A DNA stretch of 59,012 nucleotides. It comes from an uncultured Alistipes sp. Its GTDB lineage: Bacteria; Bacteroidota; Bacteroidia; Bacteroidales; Rikenellaceae. Location of the stretch: positions 1-59,012 of the forward strand of contig CAAGHX010000187.1 in the NCBI GenBank assembly GCA_900769745.1, given 5' to 3'. This document shows, piece by piece, positions 1-8,751 of this stretch. The notes below the pieces were generated by a model. That model was not told the DNA's origin and did no database searches. It was given only the letters and a program-made list of their open reading frames with translations. The stretch's first letter is position 1; the number at the start of each line of letters is the position of its first letter. Both the position numbers and the translations under genes were made by a program.

Positions 1-15
1 ACGCTCTTCCGATCT
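1..15 (+). other. Illumina adapter remnant (artefact)
   Basis: ACGCTCTTCCGATCT is the 3' end of the TruSeq adapter/read primer. Confidence 0.95.
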
Positions 16-164
16 GTTGTGATGGATATTATTCCTCCGGAATATTTGACTTGACTAGTCAATTAAACGATGACATGATAGTTGATGAAATTGGAGACAT
101 TGCGAGTTTACAACCATATATGTTTAATCATCAAATTAAGTATGTAGTTTATGAAATACAATAA
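16..164 (+). CDS. C-terminal fragment of a C10-family (streptopain-like) peptidase, 5'-truncated by the contig end
   Basis: Frame from 18 reads CDGYYSSGIFDLTSQLNDDMIVDEIGDIASLQPYMFNHQIKYVVYEIQ*, which aligns with the C-terminus of 41408..42688 (CDGYYTEGIFDL...VGDV); not in the ORF track. Confidence 0.85.
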
Positions 165-696
165 ATTAAGATTTATATTCACATTATTGGTGACTGTTTT
201 AGCGGCTTGCGATAAGGGAAATATTGAGCCAGAGGAGCAAACACAACCCGAAAAATCAACCAATTGGGCCGAATGGAGTATTCCATCAAATCTGCCTGAT
301 AATTTTGAGACGATATTGTTTAGCACACCTTGTTGGTACGCAGGTGGCAGTGAACGTGCCGCAAAAATTGAAAATGGTAAGGTCGTAATTAAGAATAGAG
401 GGGATTTGTATTATGGTGGTGGAAATGTAATATTTGTATTCGATAGGCAGGGCTGGGATTCGTATTCGTTGTCGATACAACCAAATTCTACTGGCAAACC
501 ATACCATCATAGGGCCGATTTAGAATTATCACGCGACTATTTTGTGGAATATTATCCTGATAGTATGTTGGTTTTTTCTCCCGACAGAATAAGCCAATTT
601 AAGGAGGGTGATAGACTTCCTATATATTTGATGGTGCCTGAAACCGAGGATTTTTTTAATGAAAAGGTTTTATCACATTTAGATAATGAGAAATAA
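151..696 (+). CDS. hypothetical lipoprotein overlapping the C10 peptidase stop codon
   Basis: Basic N-terminus, hydrophobic stretch, VLAAC lipobox; low GC; followed by a terminator. Confidence 0.85.
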   Translation: MKYNKLRFIFTLLVTVLAACDKGNIEPEEQTQPEKSTNWAEWSIPSNLPDNFETILFSTPCWYAGGSERAAKIENGKVVIKNRGDLYYGGGNVIFVFDRQGWDSYSLSIQPNSTGKPYHHRADLELSRDYFVEYYPDSMLVFSPDRISQFKEGDRLPIYLMVPETEDFFNEKVLSHLDNEK

Positions 697-712
697 TCTA
701 TATCGCAGAATG

Positions 713-741
713 ATCGCCACCCCGAAAGGTGGCGATTTTTT
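713..741 (+). terminator. intrinsic terminator of the CGCCACC hairpin family
   Basis: ATCGCCAC-CCCGAAAG-GTGGCGAT plus T run; 715..734 is the exact reverse complement of 43324..43343 and 46265..46284. Confidence 0.8.
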
Positions 742-750
742 GTACAAATA

Positions 751-841
751 CAAAAAAGGGCCAAACGGCCCTTTAGTAAATTGTATCAAAGTAATCACAA
801 AAAGGTCGCAAGACCCAATTTTGAATTCTGAATTTTGAATT
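751..841. repeat. heptamer-bracketed element, partial (hairpin A + subterminal module + right array)
   Basis: AAGGGCCAAACGGCCCTT, AAAGTAATCACAAAAAGGTCGCAAGACCC, then AATTTTG-AATTCTG-AATTTTG-AATT; closely similar to 37921..38003. Confidence 0.85.
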
Positions 842-844
842 CCC

Positions 845-1825
845 CTACAGCCACTTCTTGTAGCGGAAGTACCATATTGTAATTCCCGAGGCCAGCACCA
901 TCAGCAGGATGGCAAACAGATAACCCACAGGCACTGTGCAACCTGCTACCTCCCACACCCAGTTGAGCTCAGGCATAACCTTGAAGTTCATACCATAGAT
1001 ACTCGCAATGAGGGTTGCGGGCAGGAAGATTACGGCCGCCACCGAGAAGATTTTCACAATCTCGTTCTGCTCGATATTAATCAGGCCGAGGGCCGAATCC
1101 TGGATATAGTCCAGACGCTGGAAGCTGAAGTCGGCGTGGTTGATGAGTGAGTTCACGTCCTTAATCATCAGCTGCAGGCGAGGATAGATATCGTTGGGGA
1201 AGCGCTCGCTACGCAAGATGCTCGAGAGGATTCGCTGACGGTCGAAGATATTCTCGCGCAAGACCATAGTATTCTCCTGCAGGGCATTGATGCGGTGGAT
1301 AACGGCCTTGTCGATAGAGTCCTCGGTGGTGATAGTCTTACTGAGGGCCGCAACCTGCTTGGCCACAAACTCCACAAGGTCGGCATCGAAGTCGATGCGC
1401 ACCTCCAGCAGTGAGATGAAGATGTGGTAGCCAGTCGAGTAGCCGCGATAGTTCATCTGCAAGCGTTTCTCAGCCTCGCGGAACGTGCGCGACTCGGCCG
1501 AGCGCATCGACACCAGCACACCTTCGTTCGAGAGGATAAACGACACAGGCTCCACAGAGAAGGTGTCGCCCTTTGGCACGAAGAAGTTGGTGTTGGAGAT
1601 AATAGAGTTCTCGTTCTCGGAGTACTTCGAAGTTGACTCAATCTCCTCGACCTGCTGGCGAGTCTGGAGGCTCTCCTCCATAAAGTTCTCAACGGCCTTC
1701 TGCTCCTTGATTGATGGCGAGAGAAGGTCGATCCAGAGAATATCATCGTAACCCAGATTGTCGAGCAATTCGGGTTCGGCGTTACGAATAATCTTGTTGT
1801 ATTGCTTTAAGTAGATTGTAAGCAT
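845..1825 (-). CDS. corA: magnesium/cobalt transporter CorA
   Basis: YGMNF...MPEL signature between two C-terminal TM helices. Confidence 0.93.
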   Translation of the reverse strand: MLTIYLKQYNKIIRNAEPELLDNLGYDDILWIDLLSPSIKEQKAVENFMEESLQTRQQVEEIESTSKYSENENSIISNTNFFVPKGDTFSVEPVSFILSNEGVLVSMRSAESRTFREAEKRLQMNYRGYSTGYHIFISLLEVRIDFDADLVEFVAKQVAALSKTITTEDSIDKAVIHRINALQENTMVLRENIFDRQRILSSILRSERFPNDIYPRLQLMIKDVNSLINHADFSFQRLDYIQDSALGLINIEQNEIVKIFSVAAVIFLPATLIASIYGMNFKVMPELNWVWEVAGCTVPVGYLFAILLMVLASGITIWYFRYKKWL

Positions 1826-1963
1826 AGCTGCAAAATCTATTTACGGGTTGAACACCTTGTGCCGACTACCTACGGCACATACTCTGTGTAAGTTACAACG
1901 GCGGTGTGCCACACCTGCCGCGAGGGTCTCCGTAGTCTCCGTTTCGTGGAGACTCTATTCTCT

Positions 1964-2734
1964 TCAGCCGGGATTGGCGCGAGGGGCGATTTTCACTCCT
2001 GCGTCCCAGAATTTTTGCAGTGCCGCGTGTTTCTCGGCGTTGAATACGAAGTCGATATTTTGTGTTAAATATTCGTAGGCGTTGTAGTGCTTTTGGTCGT
2101 AGCCCGACTCAACCACCGCCTCCCAGATGGACTCCACACCAAAGGTGAGAGCTCGCTCCAGGGCGTCGATATGCTCATAGGGCGTACCCTTGCGGGCCAC
2201 CCACACAGCAAAGGCAAAGGGCATACCCGTAGCCTTGTGCCACTCGTTAGAAAGGTCGTAGTTATAGTTGAACAGACCCTCGTGGTCGAAGACCTTGTCG
2301 CCAACAAGCAGGAACGCATCCGTAGGCTCGGCAAAGGCCACCTGCGAATAGTCTGTAAGCTCGTACCACTCGGGCGCTATGTGCCAGAGGTTGGCGGCCA
2401 GGTAACCCACCATCTGCGCCGCAGTGAGCGACTCGGCATCCAAGAAGACGCGACGCACCTGAGCAATGGGCACATTTGAGAATAGCTCGATAGTGCGCAC
2501 AGAGCCCGAAGTACCAATACAATAGTCGGTGATGATGGAGGTTGATTTGAGCGAGGGAACAGCGGCCGATGGCATCAGAGCGATGTCGGCACGACCCTCC
2601 ACATAGTTTGCATAACAACCCGCGGGTGGGGTCAAAAGCAGATTGGCACGAAGATTACCTTCGTGGCGAATACCGTAGATGAACGGTATCGTATTGAGAT
2701 ACGACACAGCCGCTATGCTTGGAATAGTAACCAT
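1964..2734 (-). CDS. mqnA: chorismate dehydratase MqnA (futalosine menaquinone pathway)
   Basis: N-terminal IAAVSYLNTIPF, LLVGD and TGMPFAFAVW motifs; start moved to the ATG at 2734. Confidence 0.85.
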   Translation of the reverse strand: MVTIPSIAAVSYLNTIPFIYGIRHEGNLRANLLLTPPAGCYANYVEGRADIALMPSAAVPSLKSTSIITDYCIGTSGSVRTIELFSNVPIAQVRRVFLDAESLTAAQMVGYLAANLWHIAPEWYELTDYSQVAFAEPTDAFLLVGDKVFDHEGLFNYNYDLSNEWHKATGMPFAFAVWVARKGTPYEHIDALERALTFGVESIWEAVVESGYDQKHYNAYEYLTQNIDFVFNAEKHAALQKFWDAGVKIAPRANPG

Positions 2735-2884
2735 CGTCCATAAAGTATTCGATTTGGTTTGACTTAGGCAGGTCAAAGGCCTGCATTACTAACACTTAGA
2801 GCGCGCCGCGACCCCCTGAGGCCACATTACTGCACACTCCCGATAATGCAAATATAGCAAAAGAAATGCAAATTGCAAAGGGGG

Positions 2885-3142
2885 AATTCAAAATTCAAAA
2901 TTCAAAATTCAAAATTGGCGGTTTAAGACAAAAGAAATATATATGCGTCATTTCACATTTTTGCACGGACGAGAGTTGGAGAAGTGAAAACCGAGTCTGC
3001 AAAAATGTAGAAATCTACCTTTGGAAAAAGTGCGGTGCAAAGAGAAACATTATAACAACTCAAAAAACTATTTTTGCTCAAACTCAATCATAAAAAGGTT
3101 GCAAAACACCAATTTTGAATTTTGAATTTTGAATTTTGAATT
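2885..3142. repeat. complete heptamer-bracketed element with CGTC-tagged arm C
   Basis: (AATTCAA)4AATT at 2885..2916 and (AATTTTG)4AATT at 3111..3142; internal CGTCAT...AAATCT-ACCTTTGG at 2946..3024. Confidence 0.9.
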
Positions 3143-3153
3143 GAAAAAAGTTG

Positions 3154-3161
3154 TAACTTTG
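3154..3161 (+). promoter_or_regulatory. Bacteroidota -7 promoter box; probably gives a leaderless or near-leaderless MATE mRNA
   Basis: TAACTTTG matches TAnnTTTG and ends 6 nt before ATG 3168. Confidence 0.6.
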
Positions 3162-3167
3162 CGGCCG

Positions 3168-4559
3168 ATGAGTAATAACACACAAAATTCGCCTCTTTCA
3201 TTAGGCACTGATTCCCTCTCGAAGCTTTTGAAGCGCTACGCGATGCCCTCGATTATTGCGATGGTGTCGTCGTCGCTATACAACATTATGGACAGCATCT
3301 TCATTGGTCAGGGTGTTGGTCCGTTGGCTATTTCGGGTCTGGCGCTCACAATGCCGATGATGAACCTCGGCGCAGCATTTGGTGCTATGGTGGGCGCAGG
3401 TTCGGCTGCCATCACATCTATCCGTCTGGGTCAGGGCAACAAGCAGGCTGCCGAGCATATCTTGGGAAATGTGGTGTTGCTCAACGTGGTGATGGGTATA
3501 CTGTTTACGGTCTTTGGTCTTATCTACATCGACGAGCTTTTGTACTTCTTTGGCGCAAGCGAGCAGACCATTGGCTACGCCCGCGACTATATGCGAATAA
3601 TACTCTATGGTAACATCATAACTCACTTATACTTAGGACTCAACAGCTTGATTCGAGTGACGGGCTACCCGCAGAAGGCTATGGCGATGATGCTCATATC
3701 GATTGCGGTGAACGGAGTGCTGGATGCGCTGTTTATCTTCGGATTTAAGTGGGGCATTGCCGGCTCGGCGTGGGCTACGGTGATAGCGCAGGCGGTGCCG
3801 CTGATTATTCAGATTGTGCACTTCTCGTCGCCAAAGAGTTTCCTCAGGTTCCGCCACGGCATCTTCCGCTTCCGCTGGGAGATTGTGAAGAACATCATCG
3901 GAATCGGCATGGCGCCATTTATGATTCACGCCTGCGCCTGCATAGTGGTGATTGTGGTGAACAACGTGCTGGGAGAGTATGGTGGCGACACAGCCATCGG
4001 AGCCTATGGCATAGTGAACCGTGTGGCCTTTATCTTCACGATGATTGTGCTGGGTCTGACGCAGGGTATGCAGCCGATTATTGGCTACAACTACGGTGCG
4101 AAGAAGTATGACCGAGTGTGCAAGACGCTCTATATGGCTATCGGCTGGGCGACGCTGACGACGGTGGTGGGATTTGCTATCTGCGAGTTGTTCCCCTACC
4201 AGGTGGTGCGTATCTTCGTGAGCGAGGACGGCACAGGCGACGCCACAACCCTCATCGAGCAGTCGGCACAAGGCCTGAGGTTGATGCTGCTGGCATTCCC
4301 TATCGTGGGCTTCTCGATTGTGGTGGGTAACTTCTTCCAGTGCATCGGCAAGGCCAAGCGAGCAATCATAATCTCGGTGTCGCGACAGATGCTCTTCATC
4401 GTGCCGCTACTCTACATACTGCCACAGCATTTGGGAGTAGATGGCGTGTGGTATTCAATCCCGATAGCCGACTCGTTGGCCGCTCTGCTGGCCGCCGCTC
4501 TGCTGGCCTACCAGCTCCGCAAGTTGCACAAGAATCCTTCGAAGGAGATTTCGATTTAA
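3168..4559 (+). CDS. MATE family efflux transporter (MepA-like)
   Basis: LYNIMDSIFIG, GIAGSAWAT and QPIIGYNYGA motifs, many TM segments; the upstream TTG start lies inside a repeat and was discarded. Confidence 0.92.
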   Translation: MSNNTQNSPLSLGTDSLSKLLKRYAMPSIIAMVSSSLYNIMDSIFIGQGVGPLAISGLALTMPMMNLGAAFGAMVGAGSAAITSIRLGQGNKQAAEHILGNVVLLNVVMGILFTVFGLIYIDELLYFFGASEQTIGYARDYMRIILYGNIITHLYLGLNSLIRVTGYPQKAMAMMLISIAVNGVLDALFIFGFKWGIAGSAWATVIAQAVPLIIQIVHFSSPKSFLRFRHGIFRFRWEIVKNIIGIGMAPFMIHACACIVVIVVNNVLGEYGGDTAIGAYGIVNRVAFIFTMIVLGLTQGMQPIIGYNYGAKKYDRVCKTLYMAIGWATLTTVVGFAICELFPYQVVRIFVSEDGTGDATTLIEQSAQGLRLMLLAFPIVGFSIVVGNFFQCIGKAKRAIIISVSRQMLFIVPLLYILPQHLGVDGVWYSIPIADSLAALLAAALLAYQLRKLHKNPSKEISI

Positions 4560-4579
4560 GCGATTTCGAGATAAAAGCT

Positions 4580-4618
4580 AAGAGGTTGCCCGACAAATGT
4601 TGGACAACCTCTTTTTTT
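4580..4618. terminator. terminator between convergent genes, GAGGTTGCC/GGACAACCTC family
   Basis: AAGAGGTTGCC...GGACAACCTCTT plus T run. Confidence 0.8.
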
Positions 4619-4655
4619 ACTTGCGAATAACGCAAAAAGAGCCTTGTTAGGCAAT

Positions 4656-5681
4656 TTAATGCTGTTTTATCATTGGGGTCTTTTTTATCAGGTCATCGTA
4701 GACCCTGTCGCCCCAGAATTTATATCCCTTGCCCCACTCAGATGTACCAGAGAGGAAGCTGTCGATAAAGCCGTTCTTCTCCACAAGTACGGTGTGGTAG
4801 ATAGCACCCGTTGGGTTCTTCACCAGGTTGATGGCAATCTGGCCATCGTTGGCGTAGAAGTTAAGATAGGTATCGTCCTCCACCTTCTCGAATTTGTAGC
4901 TCTCGGCCAGGTCGCGCTGCATCTTCTTGCTGCGCCACCAAGTGCCGCCCGTAGGGCTTACCAGAGGCTTGCCGTTGTAGATAACGGTGCTGTCTTGATA
5001 TGAGGTGACGTTTAGATAGTGTTTCTTGTTCTTGAGCCACTTCGTGAGCTTCTCCTTGTAGTCCTCCTCCTCGTAACCATAGGTGCTGTCGAGGAATGCG
5101 ATGCGCTCGATAAGTGGATTTATCTTCTCGGCCACACGCAGATACTCGAAGATGAAGTATCCGCCGCCAGAGTGCGAGCTCAGCGTGATGGTTGGGTTGT
5201 AGGGCTTGTAGAGGTCGGCCATATCCTGAATGATGGCGGGCAGAATCTTCGCCGAGAGGCCATTGTCGCGGTGCAGACGGCGCCAAGTACCCCACGAACG
5301 CATAGAGGCCTGCAGATAGACCGTAACGTAGTTATACTCGGGTTTGTTCTCCCTGAGCCAGCGAGTCTGCGCAGCGATGTGCTGCACCTCGTAGCGGAAA
5401 TCCTCCTTGTCGCTCTCGCGCAGTTTGCCGGCGGTGTACTCGATGTCGTTGCCGTTGGGCAGGGCATAGAGAATCATCTTGGTCTTCTTCTTGGCGTCCA
5501 TCTCCATCGGAGCATTTACAACGATGAGCACATCTTTGTATTTGTCGAAGATGGTATATACACGCTCGATATTGTTCGACGATTTGATAGGATTCTCGGC
5601 CGTTGGGCGCGATTCGTCTATCTGGGCCCATAGGCACACAGGTGCCACGAGAGCCACGAGAGATAATAAAAGTCTGTTCAT
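4656..5681 (-). CDS. secreted hypothetical protein, probable alpha/beta-hydrolase fold
   Basis: Signal peptide; SHSGGG nucleophile-elbow-like motif followed by FLDS. Confidence 0.7.
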   Translation of the reverse strand: MNRLLLSLVALVAPVCLWAQIDESRPTAENPIKSSNNIERVYTIFDKYKDVLIVVNAPMEMDAKKKTKMILYALPNGNDIEYTAGKLRESDKEDFRYEVQHIAAQTRWLRENKPEYNYVTVYLQASMRSWGTWRRLHRDNGLSAKILPAIIQDMADLYKPYNPTITLSSHSGGGYFIFEYLRVAEKINPLIERIAFLDSTYGYEEEDYKEKLTKWLKNKKHYLNVTSYQDSTVIYNGKPLVSPTGGTWWRSKKMQRDLAESYKFEKVEDDTYLNFYANDGQIAINLVKNPTGAIYHTVLVEKNGFIDSFLSGTSEWGKGYKFWGDRVYDDLIKKTPMIKQH

Positions 5682-5770
5682 ATTTTTAAGGTATGTAGGT
5701 TATGTGCGATACACTTAGTACAAATATACTAAATAGTTCGCGGATTAGCAATACCCCTTCCCGCACAAAC

Positions 5771-5807
5771 AAAAAAAGGTCGGTCACCCGAGCGAGTGCC
5801 GACCTTT
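5771..5807 (-). terminator. intrinsic terminator downstream of proS
   Basis: A7-GGTCGG...CCGACCTTT hairpin, giving a U run on the minus strand. Confidence 0.7.
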
Positions 5808-5972
5808 GCATATTTTATATTTTCTAAAACATTTCCCCTTACCCAAGGAATGCAGATAATGAGGCTATTTTGAAGCTGCTCGCAGTGGCTGAAACCGCAG
5901 CATACTATGCGTATGTGAGGATTTCAGGCGCAAGGCAGATGCCCAAAGAGCCCATTAGATGCGTTCCGGCTA

Positions 5973-7457
5973 CTAGTAGCTACGAGCAAAGAGTACGCGG
6001 AACTTAGAAGGCTTGCCCGAATATATACACTTGCCCTCTTCCTCCTTAACATCCAAAGGAATACAACGGATAGTAGCCTTTGTAGCCTCCTTGATGGCCA
6101 CCTCGGTCTCAACAGTACCGTCCCAGTGAGCCTCCACGAAACCGCCCTTGTTGTCGAGTACGTCGATGAACTCCTCCCAAGTATCGACCTTGGTAATCAT
6201 AGAGTTGCGGTAGTCGAGAGCCTTCTTGTAGATGTTTGCCTGAATCTCGTCGAGCAGAGCCACGATGCGATCTGTAAGACCCTCCTGCGATACAGTCTCC
6301 TTGGTGAGCGTGTCACGACGAGCGAGCTCGATAGTGCCGTTCTGCATATCGCGTGGGCCGAGTGCCAAACGAACAGGCACACCCTTCAACTCATACTCGG
6401 CGAACTTGAAGCCTGAGCGTACGTTGTCGCGAGCATCAACCTTCACAGAGATACCCTTAGCACGCAACTCGTCGGCGATAGCCTCCAACTTCTGCTTCAT
6501 CTCGGCGAGCTGCTCATCACCCTTGTAGATAGGCACCATAGCCACCTGGATAGGCGCGAGCTTTGGAGGCAACACCAAACCGTTGTTGTCAGAGTGAGCC
6601 ATAATCAAGGCACCCATCAAGCGGGTCGATACACCCCACGATGTAGCCCATACATACTCCTGCTTACCCTCCTTAGTGGTGTAGGTTACATCGAACGCCT
6701 TGGCGAAGTTCTGACCGAGGAAGTGCGATGTACCGCTCTGCAAAGCCTTACCGGCCTGCATCAAAGCCTCGATAGTGAGAGTATCCTCAGCACCTGCGAA
6801 GCGCTCGTTAGGCGACTTGTGACCCACGATAACTGGCACGCCCATATAGTCCTGAGCGAACTTCTCGTAAACGTGAACCATACGCTCTGCCTCCTCGATA
6901 GCCTCCTCGCGAGTAGCGTGGGCTGTGTGACCCTCCTGCCACAAGAACTCGGCTGTACGCAAGAACAAACGAGTACGCATCTCCCAACGAACTACGTTAG
7001 CCCACTGGTTGCAGAGGATTGGAAGGTCGCGGTAAGATGTGATCCAGTTCTTGTAGGTGTTCCAGATGATAGTCTCTGAAGTAGGACGCACGATAAGCTC
7101 CTCCTCCAACTTAGCCGATGGGTCAACGGTGATGCCCTTACCCTCGGGGTCGTTCATCAAACGGTAGTGAGTCACAACGGCACACTCCTTGGCGAAGCCC
7201 TCGACGTGGTTAGCCTCACGCGAGAAGAATGACTTAGGGATAAAAAGTGGGAAGTATGCATTCTCGTGACCTGTCTGCTTGAACATATCGTCCAACACGC
7301 GCTGCATCTTCTCCCAAATAGCATAGCCATAAGGTTTGATGACCATACAACCTCTAACTGCCGAATTCTCGGCCAAGCCAGCCTTTACGACCAACTCATT
7401 GTACCACTTCGAGTAGTTATCCTCGACCTTGGTTAAATCTTTAAGCTCTACTGCCAT
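5973..7457 (-). CDS. proS: proline--tRNA ligase (archaeal/eukaryote-like type)
   Basis: [31 protein letters not shown] motifs and C-terminal FARSY. Confidence 0.97.
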   Translation of the reverse strand: MAVELKDLTKVEDNYSKWYNELVVKAGLAENSAVRGCMVIKPYGYAIWEKMQRVLDDMFKQTGHENAYFPLFIPKSFFSREANHVEGFAKECAVVTHYRLMNDPEGKGITVDPSAKLEEELIVRPTSETIIWNTYKNWITSYRDLPILCNQWANVVRWEMRTRLFLRTAEFLWQEGHTAHATREEAIEEAERMVHVYEKFAQDYMGVPVIVGHKSPNERFAGAEDTLTIEALMQAGKALQSGTSHFLGQNFAKAFDVTYTTKEGKQEYVWATSWGVSTRLMGALIMAHSDNNGLVLPPKLAPIQVAMVPIYKGDEQLAEMKQKLEAIADELRAKGISVKVDARDNVRSGFKFAEYELKGVPVRLALGPRDMQNGTIELARRDTLTKETVSQEGLTDRIVALLDEIQANIYKKALDYRNSMITKVDTWEEFIDVLDNKGGFVEAHWDGTVETEVAIKEATKATIRCIPLDVKEEEGKCIYSGKPSKFRVLFARSY

Positions 7458-7466
7458 ATCTATATA

Positions 7467-7776
7467 AATTCAAAATTCTTAATTCAAAATTCAAAATTAT
7501 AAACACGTCATACCCCGGAGGTCTTTAGACCGACGATGGGGTGTCTTGCGACACTTTTATGACTTACTTTGACACAAAGTCCTTCTTTGCACCGCCGTAA
7601 TACCAAAGGTAGATTCTCACATTTTTATATAGTAGCTAATTTGTTCTAATATCACAAACAAATATAAAAATGAGGAATGACGGATATCTTTTTTTAACTC
7701 AAAACCCAAAAACAAAACTCAAGTCATAAAAGGCGGTAAAACCCAATTTTGAATTTTGAATTCTGAATTTTGAATT
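7467..7776 (-). repeat. complete heptamer-bracketed element with CGTC arms B and C
   Basis: Arrays at 7467..7498 and 7745..7776; reverse complement is collinear with 24272..24544. Confidence 0.9.
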
Positions 7777-7874
7777 AAAAAATGGCTACTCCGTACCAAG
7801 ATACAAAAATAGCCATTTTTTTATTTCAAAGCCAAGCCGAGGGGGATTTTTTTCCTCTCAGCCAGATATTTTCG

Positions 7875-8723
7875 CTAAAAGCGAATGTTGCAGACGATGG
7901 GCAGGTGGTCCGAAGGGTAGTGACCGTTGGGGCGCTTATCCTCCAAAACCGCGTAATCAAGCACCTCGACCGCAGGCGAAACAAAGATGAAATCGATGCG
8001 GTTATAGGCTGGGCCGATGAAGTTGCCGCCGCCCAGATTGGTGTTAGTGCAGCCCCGTGGCTCGGTGAGTGAGAGCTTGCGGCTATCGCCCAGCAGAGTC
8101 AAGATATCCTGCACCTGAGGGGTCTCCTCCTCGGAGTTGAAATCGCCGACACTCACTACTGGCACGTCGCCCGCAATCTGCTGAACCTTAGCTATGTGGA
8201 CCTTACCCGAATTGGCCTTGGCCTCGTACAATCGCCAATAGAGGTGCGAATCGAAGAAGCAGAACTCCTTGCCCGAAAGCTTGTCGCGGAACTTGCCCCA
8301 ATGACACAGGCGCAAGTCGGTGGCATCCCAGCCCAAGCTTGGTTCGTCGGGCGTGGGGCTATACCAGAATGTGCCCTCGTCGAGAAGCTCCAATCTGTCG
8401 CGCTTATAGAAGATTGTGGCGGTATGCAAATCGCCCGAGCCACCGCCGTAGGGGTGACCTATGCAGTCGTAGTTGGGCATCAGCTTCAGCAGGTCGGCAA
8501 TCTGTCGTTTGTCGCCCTCCTGAGTACCCACGATGTCGAAGTCGTGCGAGAGGATAAGCTCGGCAACAGGGCCCTTGCGCTCCTCCCAACTGTCGCCCGT
8601 TGCGGCATCGGGAGCCGAGTCGTAGCGGATATTAAATGTGGCCACTCTAAGCTCGGCCTGCTTGGCGCAGCTCGCCATAGCAAGCGTCACCGCAACCAAC
8701 ACAAAGGTCAAAAGTCGCTTCAT
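7875..8723 (-). CDS. endonuclease/exonuclease/phosphatase (EEP) family lipoprotein
   Basis: MASC lipobox; TFNIR, GTQE, GDFN, IDFI, SDHLP motifs. Confidence 0.9.
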   Translation of the reverse strand: MKRLLTFVLVAVTLAMASCAKQAELRVATFNIRYDSAPDAATGDSWEERKGPVAELILSHDFDIVGTQEGDKRQIADLLKLMPNYDCIGHPYGGGSGDLHTATIFYKRDRLELLDEGTFWYSPTPDEPSLGWDATDLRLCHWGKFRDKLSGKEFCFFDSHLYWRLYEAKANSGKVHIAKVQQIAGDVPVVSVGDFNSEEETPQVQDILTLLGDSRKLSLTEPRGCTNTNLGGGNFIGPAYNRIDFIFVSPAVEVLDYAVLEDKRPNGHYPSDHLPIVCNIRF

Positions 8724-8751
8724 CACGGGCAGGGTTAAGGGGTTTTAAATA

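Noticed and set aside
1830..1960. Mg-sensing riboswitch upstream of corA
   Set aside because: Only a short AGTCTCC/GGAGACT hairpin; no M-box features.
2866..3167. 75-aa ORF at 2866 and the MNFELKK extension of the MATE gene
   Set aside because: Translations of the repeat; a promoter box and ATG at 3168 give a better start.
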